Source: a plasmid
Sequence record: NZ_CP039562.1
Reading direction: 5' to 3' (one strand)
DNA: 64,000 bases
Below, in pieces: positions 9,382 to 19,259 of the stretch (position 1 is the first letter of the stretch; the number at the start of each line of letters is the position of its first letter). The notes under the pieces were generated by a model. The model was given only the letters and a program-made list of their open reading frames with translations. It searched no databases and was not told where the DNA came from. A program made the position numbers and the translations under genes.

Positions 9382-10048
9382 ATGCTGCCACGGTAGCGGC
9401 GGTTGCTGGAGGTTTTTCGGCGTAGTAGGCGATGTTCTTGGTTCGTCTGCTAAGGGTGTCTATGCCGACGATACTCAGCGTTTTGGGAGTGGTATTGCGG
9501 GACTCGAAATAATGGAATAGCTGGATCATGCAGCACTTCACCATCAACGGATCGATGTCTTCCAGGTAGATTGAGGCTTCTCTCAATGCTTCGGGACCGT
9601 GGTTCTCGATCAGGTTTTCCATCCAGTGAATGGCGTTGATGCCAGAACCACAGCAGGGCTCATAAAAGTCTGCCGAAGACTGTGAGCCAACAATGAGTGA
9701 CATCAAGCGGCCAATCTCTGGAGGAGTGGGGAAGTAATTGGTGCCCTTCTTGTGGAAGCCAGACATGCTTAGGACGTAACCCAAAACATCGCTGGTGGGG
9801 TCGCGCTTAATGGCGGCAGACAGGACGTGAGAGAGCTCGAAGGCGACCGGCTGAAGTTCTTCCGGGATCTCCTCCTTGGCTGGGTATAGGCCAGTCTGCA
9901 AGTATGCCCACTGGTCAATAAAGGCCTCAACAAACCGAGATGTGCCCATTCTGTATCGGGACTGCTCGATGAGAGATAAAGCCTTGGATGTAAGTTGCTG
10001 TGTTTCTGGTGACATAAGCGCTCCAGTTTGTTCTGACGAAACATTCAA
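9380..10048 (-). CDS. Orphan N6-adenine (or N4-C) DNA methyltransferase
   Basis: AdoMet motif I-like EPCCGSGIN and an NYFPTPP catalytic motif (variant of (D/N)PP(Y/F)). There is no adjacent restriction gene. Confidence 0.6.
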   Translation of the reverse strand: MNVSSEQTGALMSPETQQLTSKALSLIEQSRYRMGTSRFVEAFIDQWAYLQTGLYPAKEEIPEELQPVAFELSHVLSAAIKRDPTSDVLGYVLSMSGFHKKGTNYFPTPPEIGRLMSLIVGSQSSADFYEPCCGSGINAIHWMENLIENHGPEALREASIYLEDIDPLMVKCCMIQLFHYFESRNTTPKTLSIVGIDTLSRRTKNIAYYAEKPPATAATVAA

Positions 10049-10386
10049 GAGGTAGAAACGAAGAACCCCGCCGAAGCGAGGTTCTTTGCTTTCCTGCCTG
10101 ATCGCCTTAATGCCGAAGCAAAGACGTCTTGATAAAGTCGGGGCAACCGGACATTTCCCGGTCGATGAAGTCCTGACGTTTCGCCAGCGGCCATTTCATG
10201 AACGCCGCGAGCGGGATGCGCTTATTCGTGTTAGTATTGCCTTGCAGCATAACAAAGCTCCTTAATTGCTTGATTGTGTTGTAAGGGCTGCAACGAAGGT
10301 CGAAGAGCGATGCGGCCCTTATTTATGATTATTACAGCATCATAAAATAATATCAAGAGACAATAAAACGATACCAAGAAACAAAA

Positions 10387-10402
10387 CTTTCACATGTGAA
10401 AG
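10387..10402. promoter_or_regulatory. parS-like palindrome CTTTCACATGTGAAAG, copy 2
   Basis: Identical 16-mer to copy 1. It is followed ~70 bp downstream by a conserved GCCCAAAATGGGC element, also present after copy 3. Confidence 0.45.
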
Positions 10403-10567
10403 TCTCCCCGCTGTCCACCTCGCACACTCCAAACGCCCAAACGCCCAAATAACTTGTCTATCTGCCCAAAATGGGCGCGTAAGCGTCCGATAGAAAGTAA
10501 TTGTTAGTGAGATATTGACTACACGGAATATGGCTATATCATAGAATCATAAAATGATGCTGTAAAA

Positions 10568-10954
10568 GTGATATGTATGCCAAAGCAAGCAAATCATCTC
10601 CGTTTGAAGAAACCTTGCGCCAACTGTCCATTCCGGAAGGAGGGCGCTATCGAGCTGGCCCCTGGGCGATTAGAAGGCATCATCAACGACATCGTTGAAA
10701 ACGACATGACGACGTTTCATTGCCACAAGACCGTGCACTCAAAGTCAGGTGGTGAATGGGATGAAGAGGGTAACTATGCACCTTCGGGACAAGAGTCGAT
10801 GTGTGCCGGTGCTGCGGCTTACTTGATGAAAATAGGCAGGCCGACAGTGGCTATGCGAATTGCCTTTGCGTTTGGTGATGCAAAGGTGTCCGACTGGGAC
10901 GAAGCTCAAGAGCTGGTTGTCGAGCCTTTGGTACAAGGGGACCGAAATGAGTAA
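10568..10954 (+). CDS. Hypothetical protein (Cys-rich N-terminus CANCPF...HCH)
   Basis: ORF only. Confidence 0.35.
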   Translation: MICMPKQANHLRLKKPCANCPFRKEGAIELAPGRLEGIINDIVENDMTTFHCHKTVHSKSGGEWDEEGNYAPSGQESMCAGAAAYLMKIGRPTVAMRIAFAFGDAKVSDWDEAQELVVEPLVQGDRNE

Positions 10955-11228
10955 GCGATATGCGGTAGTGCCGCATCCGAAACTGAAACGAGAGTACAAA
11001 GGTCGGCTGGTCAGAACTACTCGGGTACTAAAAAACGGCTGGGGGTTGATCCCTCTAGGGGCTGTGGCAACGGTCACGCATCAGTCTCCCAAGGGATCAG
11101 AACTGACCTTTGAACCATGCGACTGCTGCGGCCTGAAAGCCATTATCAGTCATGTAAGCATGGACTCCATTGAATTTATCGAACCGATTACTGAGGAAGA
11201 AGATGGACGAGAACAAGCTCAACATTGA
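10947..11228 (+). CDS. Hypothetical protein (MSKRY... start inside the 10860-11228 ORF)
   Basis: ORF only. The start is chosen to avoid overlap with the upstream ORF. Confidence 0.25.
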   Translation: MSKRYAVVPHPKLKREYKGRLVRTTRVLKNGWGLIPLGAVATVTHQSPKGSELTFEPCDCCGLKAIISHVSMDSIEFIEPITEEEDGREQAQH

Positions 11229-11877
11229 AACGGTCGATGGGCACAACGAGCTGGTAGTCAGCTTTTTGTCCAGAATGGTAAGCCTGAGTGACGAGGAAAA
11301 GCAGACAGTATTGTCCTGCCTTCCGGACACCGGCAAACAAACAATCACCCAGCTCTATGAGGCGCTGCGTTCTCAAGGGCACCAGGATCTTGCAGAGAAA
11401 GTCGAACCATACCTCCAGCAGGGGGTGTTTGGGCCGATCTTCGATAACGCCAAGTCCAAGGTGTTCGTTCGGGACGAAGCGCCTTTTTTCCTCATGGATG
11501 AAAATCCTTTGAACTGGGATGACGCTAAAGCATTCAATCGCCTACGTATGAGTACGACCTGTGTTCTTGGCCGTGGCGGCTGGACTATCGGTGAGCGCTT
11601 TGATGACCGCTTTGATACCGAGGTGGGCGGAACACAGCTTATCGTCACTCAGTCACTCAACGAAAAAGGTGAGATTGAAGGAGGACTTCCTACCTCGATG
11701 TCGCTGAATGACTTTGCTGAGTTCCCTAAACAGCCAAGGCCTCCTCAAATAGTCGATTACCAGGAAGACAAGCGATACACGCTTGAGGAAGCGGAAGCTA
11801 TCCCTGAGCTCGCACCAGTGGTTCAGCGTCTGAAAGAGCGCATCGAAGAGTATGAGGAGAGAAGAGCCCATGATTGA
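11170..11877 (+). CDS. Hypothetical protein (235 aa)
   Basis: ORF only. It is part of a co-oriented block of backbone ORFs. Confidence 0.35.
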   Translation: MNLSNRLLRKKMDENKLNIETVDGHNELVVSFLSRMVSLSDEEKQTVLSCLPDTGKQTITQLYEALRSQGHQDLAEKVEPYLQQGVFGPIFDNAKSKVFVRDEAPFFLMDENPLNWDDAKAFNRLRMSTTCVLGRGGWTIGERFDDRFDTEVGGTQLIVTQSLNEKGEIEGGLPTSMSLNDFAEFPKQPRPPQIVDYQEDKRYTLEEAEAIPELAPVVQRLKERIEEYEERRAHD

Positions 11878-12376
11878 CCTGACATGCCGCCTTTGTGCTG
11901 GTTCCGGTGTTTATGACTTTTCCCCTTCCAAAGAAACCTGCGGTATGTGCCAAGGGCATGGGAAATTTGTTGACGCCAAAGCAATGCTGGTGGCTGCCAT
12001 CGAGCTGGCAAAGAAGCAACGCGAGCCTGTCATTGAAGTGGTAATGGGGTTGGTGCTCCAGGGTGTGGATGTTAGAGGGAAGGAGCCTGGAGAGCGGTTC
12101 AAGGCTGCTCAGGCCTTTAACGCCCCAGGGCACAACCTATTACGATACGGGTGGGATGCTTGGGAGCTCTATGCCCTCCATGAGGGTGTAAGTCCAGAAC
12201 TTGCATCGCTTGGCCGAAGTGTGATGCGCGAGTGGCATAGCCATTCATGGGGCCGGTTCAGTGGAGAGGTAGGCTTTAACGCCGCCGAGATCATGATCAA
12301 ACAGGCCAAAGACAACCCAGAAAAAGCAGAAGAGCGCTGGGCGTTCCTGCTTAGTGAAGAATGGATGGTGGAGTAA
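11852..12376 (+). CDS. Hypothetical protein with a DnaJ-type zinc-finger motif (CxxCxGxG x2)
   Basis: CRLCAGSG ... CGMCQGHG near the N-terminus. Confidence 0.4.
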   Translation: MRREEPMIDLTCRLCAGSGVYDFSPSKETCGMCQGHGKFVDAKAMLVAAIELAKKQREPVIEVVMGLVLQGVDVRGKEPGERFKAAQAFNAPGHNLLRYGWDAWELYALHEGVSPELASLGRSVMREWHSHSWGRFSGEVGFNAAEIMIKQAKDNPEKAEERWAFLLSEEWMVE

Positions 12377-12693
12377 TTGTCGTGACAGAACAAACCAATA
12401 AGAAATTGATGCTGGATGAGTCTCCAGATATGCCCCTGCAATTCAAGTGGAGAAAGTTTGGTGGTGCGATTTTTACTGCCACGCAAACAATGGAGCACGT
12501 CAAGGAAGGACGTAAGCTCGGGCCGACTCCAGCAGGGATGCTACCTCAAGAAGTGTGGCTGAACCGCCTGATCGCTATGGAAGAAACCCTGCCACGAGGG
12601 AAGTTTTTTGACAGATTCCGCCGCCGCGACAAAAACGAGCAGTATGACTTGGCCGCCGATCATCTCCGTCTTGTCGGAAAGAAAAAGCGATAG
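12361..12693 (+). CDS. Hypothetical protein (110 aa)
   Basis: ORF only. Co-oriented and overlaps its neighbours by a few nt. Confidence 0.3.
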   Translation: MDGGVIVVTEQTNKKLMLDESPDMPLQFKWRKFGGAIFTATQTMEHVKEGRKLGPTPAGMLPQEVWLNRLIAMEETLPRGKFFDRFRRRDKNEQYDLAADHLRLVGKKKR

Positions 12694-12701
12694 GGGGATA
12701 G

Positions 12702-13202
12702 ATGAAAGCCCAGGCATACCCACCATCAGTCATTCGTAAAGGCGCTGTGTTGTACGCAGCCCTTTATTACATCTCTGATGATGATAAAGCAAAGGTCGAG
12801 GTTACAGAGTGGATAGTTCGCTCTATTCAGAAACGACGCAACTCAACCAGCGATCAACGCTATGTCAATCTTGCCCAAAAGTTAGATGGGATTACGTGGG
12901 GGAAAAGGTCACGGAAGAATGGGGACTTTGGTTGGTTGCCATCTATACCGAGCTGGTGCTTGAAGCAGTTCCGGGAAGGTGGCGAATTGCCTTTTGGCGT
13001 TTATACGACGCGACTGGCCGCTCTCAAGTTTGCGAAAGTCAGCTTGCAGGAAGAGGTCCAATATTGCGAGGCCGAGCTGAAAAAGGCTCAGACAGAAGAG
13101 GATACTCAGGAACTCCAAGAGGAGCTGGCGGAGAACCAGAGACTTCTGAAAGCTGCTGGAGCAATGGTGAAGCGCGAGCAAAACAAGAAGAAAAGAGGTT
13201 GA
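12702..13202 (+). CDS. Hypothetical coiled-coil protein (166 aa)
   Basis: ORF only. The C-terminus is rich in E/Q/K. Confidence 0.3.
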   Translation: MKAQAYPPSVIRKGAVLYAALYYISDDDKAKVEVTEWIVRSIQKRRNSTSDQRYVNLAQKLDGITWGKRSRKNGDFGWLPSIPSWCLKQFREGGELPFGVYTTRLAALKFAKVSLQEEVQYCEAELKKAQTEEDTQELQEELAENQRLLKAAGAMVKREQNKKKRG

Positions 13203-13205
13203 CCA

Positions 13206-14633
13206 ATGTTACCGATCGTCTCCCCCTCCGTAGTAACCAAACAACTTGCGTTCAATCGAGTAGGCGATAAACGCAAGGTTAGGGTTTCGTCCAACTTTTT
13301 GGATGTTATGGGGTTCAAGCCAGGTATGGGCATCGCCGTTGAGCCAGGGGAGGGGATGGGCGGTTTTTCGGTGATCCCAGCGACCGATGAACTACAGACA
13401 CACCAGGTTTATCAGCGCCGGTATCAACCAAAGAGTCGCTCCAACAACCCGCTGGAAACCGTTATTGAGTTTTCTGGACAAGGGCTCATAGATAAGTGCT
13501 TCCCTCGCTATACAGAGCGTTTCCACGTCGAAATGCGAAAAGGTCGAGTAGTCTTCACTCCCGTCGCAAACAGAGCCTTTGCCATTGCTGATCGGTTCAG
13601 AAAAACCAGCCCTTTCCGTGCCTTTGTGGCATTGACTGGCGGGGTAGACATTCATGTTATGGAATCGCTTGGCTGGAAGGCTGAGATTGTTTTGGAACAT
13701 CGTCCAGTTGAAGCCAGAGACAGAGCATCCGGGCGGAACCTGAGTGAAGTACATGCGCTCAATACGCTGGTGAACAGCTCCCCGCGTATCCTGCTGAATG
13801 AAGACATTCATCACCTGGAGCTGGATCGCCTTGGAGCCTTGCTGGCGGAGTGCCCACCAATTGGTTTGGCCCATTACTCGTTGGGGTGTGATGACCACTC
13901 AAACGCCAAAAGTCCAAGGGACAAAGAGCGTTCTCTTGAAGATCTCTCCACCATGCTCGACATGGTTTACCCGGCACTAAAACAGATCGAGGTCGTGAAC
14001 CCTGCCGTCGTGCTGGTGGAAAACGTCCCGAACTTCAAAGCATCCGGAGCCGGGGCGATGATGGGAACGACACTGCGGCGGATGGGGTACTTCCTCACTG
14101 AGATGGTCTTGAACGGTCTGGATTTCGGCGCGTACCAGGGGCGAGAACGCTATTACATGGTGGCGTCGGTCTTCCCTGGGTTCGTTCCACCGAAACCTGA
14201 GCAGAGAGCTGGTGGACGATTGTGGCCGGTGATCGAGAAGCACCTCGGGGATTGTGCAGACGTCACAGCGTTGAAGTCAATTCAGGCCAGAGAGTCAACT
14301 TCTCGCAGGATGCCTGCGTTCTTGACGAGAGAAAGCACCAGTTGCCCGACCATCCTCAAGTCTCAGGATCGTGGGGTAAAGGATGCAGTGTACATCCAAG
14401 ACGGTGGCCGCATTTACAAGCCATCGGTCGATCTGGTTCAGGAGTTGATGTCGATACCTGATAGCTTTGATATTTCGTGGATGGCAAAAGAACAAGCGAC
14501 AGAAACACTTGGGCAGAGTGTGGATTACAGATTGCATTCAGCGGTCATGGCCGCAGTTCGGGATCACCTGAATGTGAATTGCGGTCGCCATACCGTGGTG
14601 CAGCACGGTATCAGAAGTAAGGAAGGTAAATAA
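13206..14633 (+). CDS. dcm: Putative DNA cytosine-5 methyltransferase (orphan)
   Basis: A conserved ENVPNF motif (C5-MTase motif VI) and the ~475-aa size. IncC backbones are known to carry dcm genes. Motif IV is not a clean PCQ, hence the moderate confidence. Confidence 0.5.
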   Translation: MLPIVSPSVVTKQLAFNRVGDKRKVRVSSNFLDVMGFKPGMGIAVEPGEGMGGFSVIPATDELQTHQVYQRRYQPKSRSNNPLETVIEFSGQGLIDKCFPRYTERFHVEMRKGRVVFTPVANRAFAIADRFRKTSPFRAFVALTGGVDIHVMESLGWKAEIVLEHRPVEARDRASGRNLSEVHALNTLVNSSPRILLNEDIHHLELDRLGALLAECPPIGLAHYSLGCDDHSNAKSPRDKERSLEDLSTMLDMVYPALKQIEVVNPAVVLVENVPNFKASGAGAMMGTTLRRMGYFLTEMVLNGLDFGAYQGRERYYMVASVFPGFVPPKPEQRAGGRLWPVIEKHLGDCADVTALKSIQARESTSRRMPAFLTRESTSCPTILKSQDRGVKDAVYIQDGGRIYKPSVDLVQELMSIPDSFDISWMAKEQATETLGQSVDYRLHSAVMAAVRDHLNVNCGRHTVVQHGIRSKEGK

Positions 14634-15289
14634 TGGCAGTCATTTACTACGGCGAGGGAACCCATGACGCCGGTTTCGTCGGGTTCCGTGTCGCACGAAC
14701 AGTTGGGGTGGCGGATGATTACCGGCAGGAATACTTCTCCTTGAGAGAGTATTCCTACGCAACAGCTCACCGGCTGGCCTACAGCTTGGACCGAAAGTGG
14801 GAAGCTGAGGCAGAAGAGGTGAAGCGTCAGAATAAGACTTGTAAGCGGCGACGCAACTCCGGGCCAAATATCATTGCTGAGGGGCTGAGGGCTTATATCA
14901 GTATCGAGAACCGGAGCCGGATGGGGGTGAAGAGAACCTACTTCGCACCTTGTTTTCTCGTCACAAAGCCAGGCTACGGCAATGGGGATATTGTTTTCAG
15001 GATTTCCACTCATGGCTACGCAGAAGCCTACGAAAAGGCGGTGGAAAAATATTGTGAGATCCATGATTTGACGGATGAGCAGTATGTTGAGTTGCTTGAC
15101 CGTATGCCGAGTACAGAGGTGTTCACTGGATACCTGCTGAATGCTCTTTTAATACGCGGTCATCGCGCCACAAAAGCTGAAATACTGAGTAAGCTGGGGG
15201 CTGCGAAGAATGAAGATGACATCACCAATAGCAAAGGGAAAAGCGGCCACAACAGAGTGCGTTGCCCAGAGTATCGGTGGGCGCAATAA
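14633..15289 (+). CDS. Hypothetical protein (218 aa)
   Basis: ORF only. Confidence 0.3.
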   Translation: MAVIYYGEGTHDAGFVGFRVARTVGVADDYRQEYFSLREYSYATAHRLAYSLDRKWEAEAEEVKRQNKTCKRRRNSGPNIIAEGLRAYISIENRSRMGVKRTYFAPCFLVTKPGYGNGDIVFRISTHGYAEAYEKAVEKYCEIHDLTDEQYVELLDRMPSTEVFTGYLLNALLIRGHRATKAEILSKLGAAKNEDDITNSKGKSGHNRVRCPEYRWAQ

Positions 15290-15344
15290 CAGCGCCAGAT
15301 GTTCAAACCATGTTTTATAGCAACACCTCTTTGGGGGCGGAATT

Positions 15345-15962
15345 ATGTTTTTTGATAACAAAGTAGAATCTCACTCGCTCGTAATGGGAGCCAGCGGGAA
15401 GGGCAAATCGGTCTTGTCCGAACAAGTGCGGAAAAACGCGAGGCTGCGCGGTGATCTGCTGGTGGATACTGAGATGTACCGTGAAGGTCGAGGGTTGAAA
15501 CCATACGAGCATGAGTACGCTCGTCGCTTAGTTCTGGGGCTAAGTGGACCGTTGCCGCGTGAACTGCGTGGGAAGCCGGTGACGGTTATCTCTGATGTGT
15601 CCAGACCAAAAAAGGTAAAGCGTCAGCCAAAGCAATTTGTTAAGACCGTAAATGGCGTCACCCTTGAACGCCAATTGGTGGCAGATGCAAGAGACCAGTT
15701 GGAAATGCAAACAGGCGTCTGGCTCAAACAACCTCAGCTCATCGAGCTGATGGAAGAGTCGGGCATAGACGAAACTCTAGCCGATTTTGGTGAGGCTGAA
15801 ACACAGATCCGAGAAATGCTGGCGGATGCGTTGGCGATGAAACTGGTAGGGCGCTCATGGCCCAAGTGTGGAGCCCTCTATAACGCGGCAGAAAAGTCCG
15901 ACGTTAACTTTTCCTCCGAGCTTGATGCTGCGGCAAAAGAAGCTGGATACATGGTTCGCTGA
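15345..15962 (+). CDS. Hypothetical protein (205 aa)
   Basis: ORF only. Confidence 0.3.
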   Translation: MFFDNKVESHSLVMGASGKGKSVLSEQVRKNARLRGDLLVDTEMYREGRGLKPYEHEYARRLVLGLSGPLPRELRGKPVTVISDVSRPKKVKRQPKQFVKTVNGVTLERQLVADARDQLEMQTGVWLKQPQLIELMEESGIDETLADFGEAETQIREMLADALAMKLVGRSWPKCGALYNAAEKSDVNFSSELDAAAKEAGYMVR

Positions 15963-16169
15963 ATGGGATTTGGTGTGGACAAGATAGATCGGCAAAGTTG
16001 GCTCGTTAAATTCAGGCGAGCGAAGTGTCAGGACACTTTAGACACGATGCGGGATGCGGCCATTCGCAACTATGAAGGGAATATTCGTGTTATCGCGGAT
16101 ATTGTATTGGCCCATGAGGCGAGAGAGACAGAAATTGAAAAAGGGATGTTTTGTCTAATAGTTAGATAG
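15963..16169 (+). CDS. Hypothetical small protein (68 aa)
   Basis: ORF only. Confidence 0.2.
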   Translation: MGFGVDKIDRQSWLVKFRRAKCQDTLDTMRDAAIRNYEGNIRVIADIVLAHEARETEIEKGMFCLIVR

Positions 16170-16173
16170 TCTG

Positions 16174-16473
16174 ATGAGCTATCAGGTGGTGATTATGAAA
16201 AAGAGAATACTTCATCTGCCCGTAAAAAAGATTTACTTCGATCAGATCAAATCTGGAGAAAAACCAGATGAATATCGCCTCGTCACAGACTACTGGATAA
16301 AAAGACTAGAGGGGCGCGAGTATGATGAAGTCCATGTTAAGTGTGGCTACCCAAAGGCTGGAGATATGTCCAGGATAGAGATTCGTCCTTGGCGTGGCTT
16401 CTCAAGGAACGTCATAACGCACCCGCACTTTGGAGATTATCCGGTTGAAGTATTCGCCATCCATGTGAATTGA
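16174..16473 (+). CDS. Hypothetical protein (99 aa)
   Basis: ORF only. Confidence 0.25.
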   Translation: MSYQVVIMKKRILHLPVKKIYFDQIKSGEKPDEYRLVTDYWIKRLEGREYDEVHVKCGYPKAGDMSRIEIRPWRGFSRNVITHPHFGDYPVEVFAIHVN

Positions 16474-16563
16474 TTTTGGTATTCTGATTTAAAACTATTG
16501 TAGCTCAGGTATCAAAAGAACTTGGGTAATTAAAGATAAGGGGCCGACGGCCCCTTAATTGTT

Positions 16564-17052
16564 TTAGTTTGTGAATATTGAACAATCGAGGTGGGATAGC
16601 GCTTGTTCGTAGCTACCTTTGTTGTTCGTCTTACGCAGTGCCACCAGCTCAACAATCAATTGGCTTAAAGCCAGTGATTGAGGCTCCCAGACGCGCTTGC
16701 ATTTGTCAGCCATGTTGGCATTTACGTCTGTAATGACGTAGAGGAAATCAGGGACGTCTTTCAAGGTCCCCAGGCCTTTTGCCATATCAACAGCCTCAGG
16801 GTTTTGATAGCTTCGAGTGGCGCTCAGGTCATCGTGGGAAATATAGCTGGCAGATGTCTCAGCGAAACCTAACACCATGCCTTTTCCTGCGCTTTTTGCA
16901 ATGGCCGAGCCGATAGCTAGAGTTGGCATGATGGCCTGACCTATTTGGCGGGTAGATGCAGTTGCCAAGCCTGAGGCGATGTTCTTCCCGGCATCTTCGG
17001 CAGTGGCAGAGCTGGTTGTGAGCATCGCAGTTAAAATGATTTTTCCAAACAT
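16564..17052 (-). CDS. Secreted/membrane-associated hypothetical protein (signal-peptide-like N-terminus MFGKIILTAMLTTSSATA)
   Basis: The internal Met is preceded by GAGGAA. Using it avoids overlap with the topB 3' end. Confidence 0.35.
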   Translation of the reverse strand: MFGKIILTAMLTTSSATAEDAGKNIASGLATASTRQIGQAIMPTLAIGSAIAKSAGKGMVLGFAETSASYISHDDLSATRSYQNPEAVDMAKGLGTLKDVPDFLYVITDVNANMADKCKRVWEPQSLALSQLIVELVALRKTNNKGSYEQALSHLDCSIFTN

Positions 17053-17066
17053 ACTTAATTCCTCTA

Positions 17067-19259
17067 TCAATCCATAAAGTCCGACTTTTTGAAGGGCATA
17101 GTGCCTTTGCAATCGGGATACGCTGTGCAGCCCCAGAACTTAGAGGCTCGTTTCTTGCCAGGGGCTTTTCCTTTCCTGAGACGCATCGGGCTACCGCAAT
17201 CTGGGCAGTCTGGACAATCCTCCGCCGCGATACGTTTCTCGGGTTTCCCTCGGTTGTCTGGGAACGTCTTCTTGCAAGCCTCGTTCTGGCAGCCCCAGAA
17301 AAAACCGTTCTTCCCTTTGATCCGGTGCATCTCTCCACCGCAGTTGAAGCATTCGTGTGAAGGAGGCTTCGCGCCCTCGAAGGCTTTAGCCATCGCGCCA
17401 CCTTCTTTGGTCAGAACCGGTGCGGCCACTTTGAGCTGCTCAACCATTTGGCAGATCCAGGTGGAAATCTGCTTCATGAAGACAGACATGTTCCCGGAGC
17501 CGGAGGCAACTTTCTCAAGCTCCTGCTCCCAAGCCGCAGTCATGCCGGGTGATTTGATGGCTGGTGGAAGCACTGCTATAAGCGCATGAGCCTTATCAGT
17601 TGCAAGCAGTACCTTTTTCTGACGCTTGAAGTAGCCTTTATCAACAGCGCCCTGGATGATGCTTGCGCGTGTTGCTGGAGTGCCTAAACCGGCTGTGTCT
17701 TTGAGGATTTGTTTGAACTTCTCCTCAGTCACGAACCGGGCAATGTTCTCCATCGCGGCAAGCAATGTGGCTTCGGTGAAGTGCGGTGCTGGCCGCGTCA
17801 TTTTGTTTGCCAGCTCGGCCCCATTCAGCAAGGCAGGTTCGCCCTGGCTAACCCTGGGGAGCTTCTCTTGTTCAACCGGCGCGTCGGTGTCTTCCCCCTC
17901 GTCCTTGGGACTGCTTTCACTATCAGAAGCAAACAAAACCTTCCAGCCTTGTTTGGTAGGTGTCTTACCAGCGGACGCAAAGAGGTGACGCCCACACTGC
18001 ACCTCGATGGAGGTTTTGGTGAACTCGAACTCGCTGTAGAACTGCGCGATGTAGAAACGACGGATGGCGTCGTAAAGATTGAACTCGATCTCAGACATGG
18101 CACTGATGTCTGTTCTGGCCGGTGTTGGAATGATCGCGTGGTGCGCGGTCACTTTGGCGTCATTGAATACCCTGGCCTTGCGATGAGGATCTGCGCCAGC
18201 CACCAGCCCAGAGACGTTCTGATCGGACAAAATGAGCGCCTGGAGAATGTCCGGAATGTCTTCCTTTTGGCTCTCGGGTAGATAACGACTGTCAGTACGA
18301 GGGTAGGTGGTCGCTTTGTGCGTCTCGTACAGAGCTTGAGCTGCATCCAGTACCTGCTGAGCTGTGTATCCCCATCGTTTGCTCGCGTATTGTTGCAGCG
18401 ACGTTAGATCGAAGGGGAGGGGGGCTGACTCTTTACCTGGTTTGGTTTCTGCTTTGCTGATAACAGCATTGGCACCATTGACCTGGGAGGCTACCTGCTC
18501 GGCATAGGCCTTATTGACGCACCGGCCTTGCTCGTCACTGCACTCTTCTGGTGGTATCCATTGGGCGGCAAACTGTCCATTCTGTACGGACACGTTCACA
18601 CCCAGAGTCCAGTATGGTGAGGGGGTGAAACCGGCGATCTCTCGGTCCCGTTGACAAACAAGAGCGACGGTTGGGGTGATAACCCTGCCAACGTGAAGAG
18701 TGTGGTTGAAGCCGACATCTCGGGCCAGCACTGTGTAGAGGCGGCTCACGTTCATGCCTACCAACCAGTCAGCGCGTTGCCGTGCCAATGCGGCGTAGTA
18801 GAGTGAGACCGTATCCTTGCCATCCTTTACGTTGTTCAGCGCTTTCTTGATGCTTGACTCATCGAGAGCCGTCAAACAAACTCGGCGAATAGGGCCAGAG
18901 TAGCGGAATCGATCCAGAAGCGAACGGGCGATAGCCTCACCTTCTCGGTCGTAGTCCGTTGAGATGTAGATGGTGCTCGCCTTTTTGACCAGTCCCTCAA
19001 CAATTTTGTACTGTTTGAACGCACTCTTGCGAACGTTGTACCGCCATGACTCTGGTGCAATAGGGAGGGTCTCCAGTGACCATGACTTGTAGCGTTCGTC
19101 ATAATCGTCTGGCATATACAATTCCAGCAGGTGGCCGAACGCCCACGTAATAACGCGGTTTCCTCCATCATGGAGAAATCCATCACCTCGTTGGGAGGCC
19201 TTCATTACGCCAGCCAAATCTTTTGCCTGAGAAGGCTTCTCGCAGATATAAAGGTCCAT
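17067..19259 (-). CDS. topB: DNA topoisomerase III with C-terminal zinc-ribbon repeats
   Basis: MDLYICEKPSQAKDLAGV...AFGHLLEL TOPRIM start, 730 aa. The C-terminal repeats are CPDCG, CxxC and FWGC. Confidence 0.85.
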   Translation of the reverse strand: MDLYICEKPSQAKDLAGVMKASQRGDGFLHDGGNRVITWAFGHLLELYMPDDYDERYKSWSLETLPIAPESWRYNVRKSAFKQYKIVEGLVKKASTIYISTDYDREGEAIARSLLDRFRYSGPIRRVCLTALDESSIKKALNNVKDGKDTVSLYYAALARQRADWLVGMNVSRLYTVLARDVGFNHTLHVGRVITPTVALVCQRDREIAGFTPSPYWTLGVNVSVQNGQFAAQWIPPEECSDEQGRCVNKAYAEQVASQVNGANAVISKAETKPGKESAPLPFDLTSLQQYASKRWGYTAQQVLDAAQALYETHKATTYPRTDSRYLPESQKEDIPDILQALILSDQNVSGLVAGADPHRKARVFNDAKVTAHHAIIPTPARTDISAMSEIEFNLYDAIRRFYIAQFYSEFEFTKTSIEVQCGRHLFASAGKTPTKQGWKVLFASDSESSPKDEGEDTDAPVEQEKLPRVSQGEPALLNGAELANKMTRPAPHFTEATLLAAMENIARFVTEEKFKQILKDTAGLGTPATRASIIQGAVDKGYFKRQKKVLLATDKAHALIAVLPPAIKSPGMTAAWEQELEKVASGSGNMSVFMKQISTWICQMVEQLKVAAPVLTKEGGAMAKAFEGAKPPSHECFNCGGEMHRIKGKNGFFWGCQNEACKKTFPDNRGKPEKRIAAEDCPDCPDCGSPMRLRKGKAPGKKRASKFWGCTAYPDCKGTMPFKKSDFMD

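Noticed and set aside
17089-18281. Plus-strand ORFs (166 aa, 110 aa, 190 aa) overlapping topB
   Set aside because: They are antisense to a 730-aa topoisomerase III gene with clear TOPRIM and zinc-ribbon motifs.
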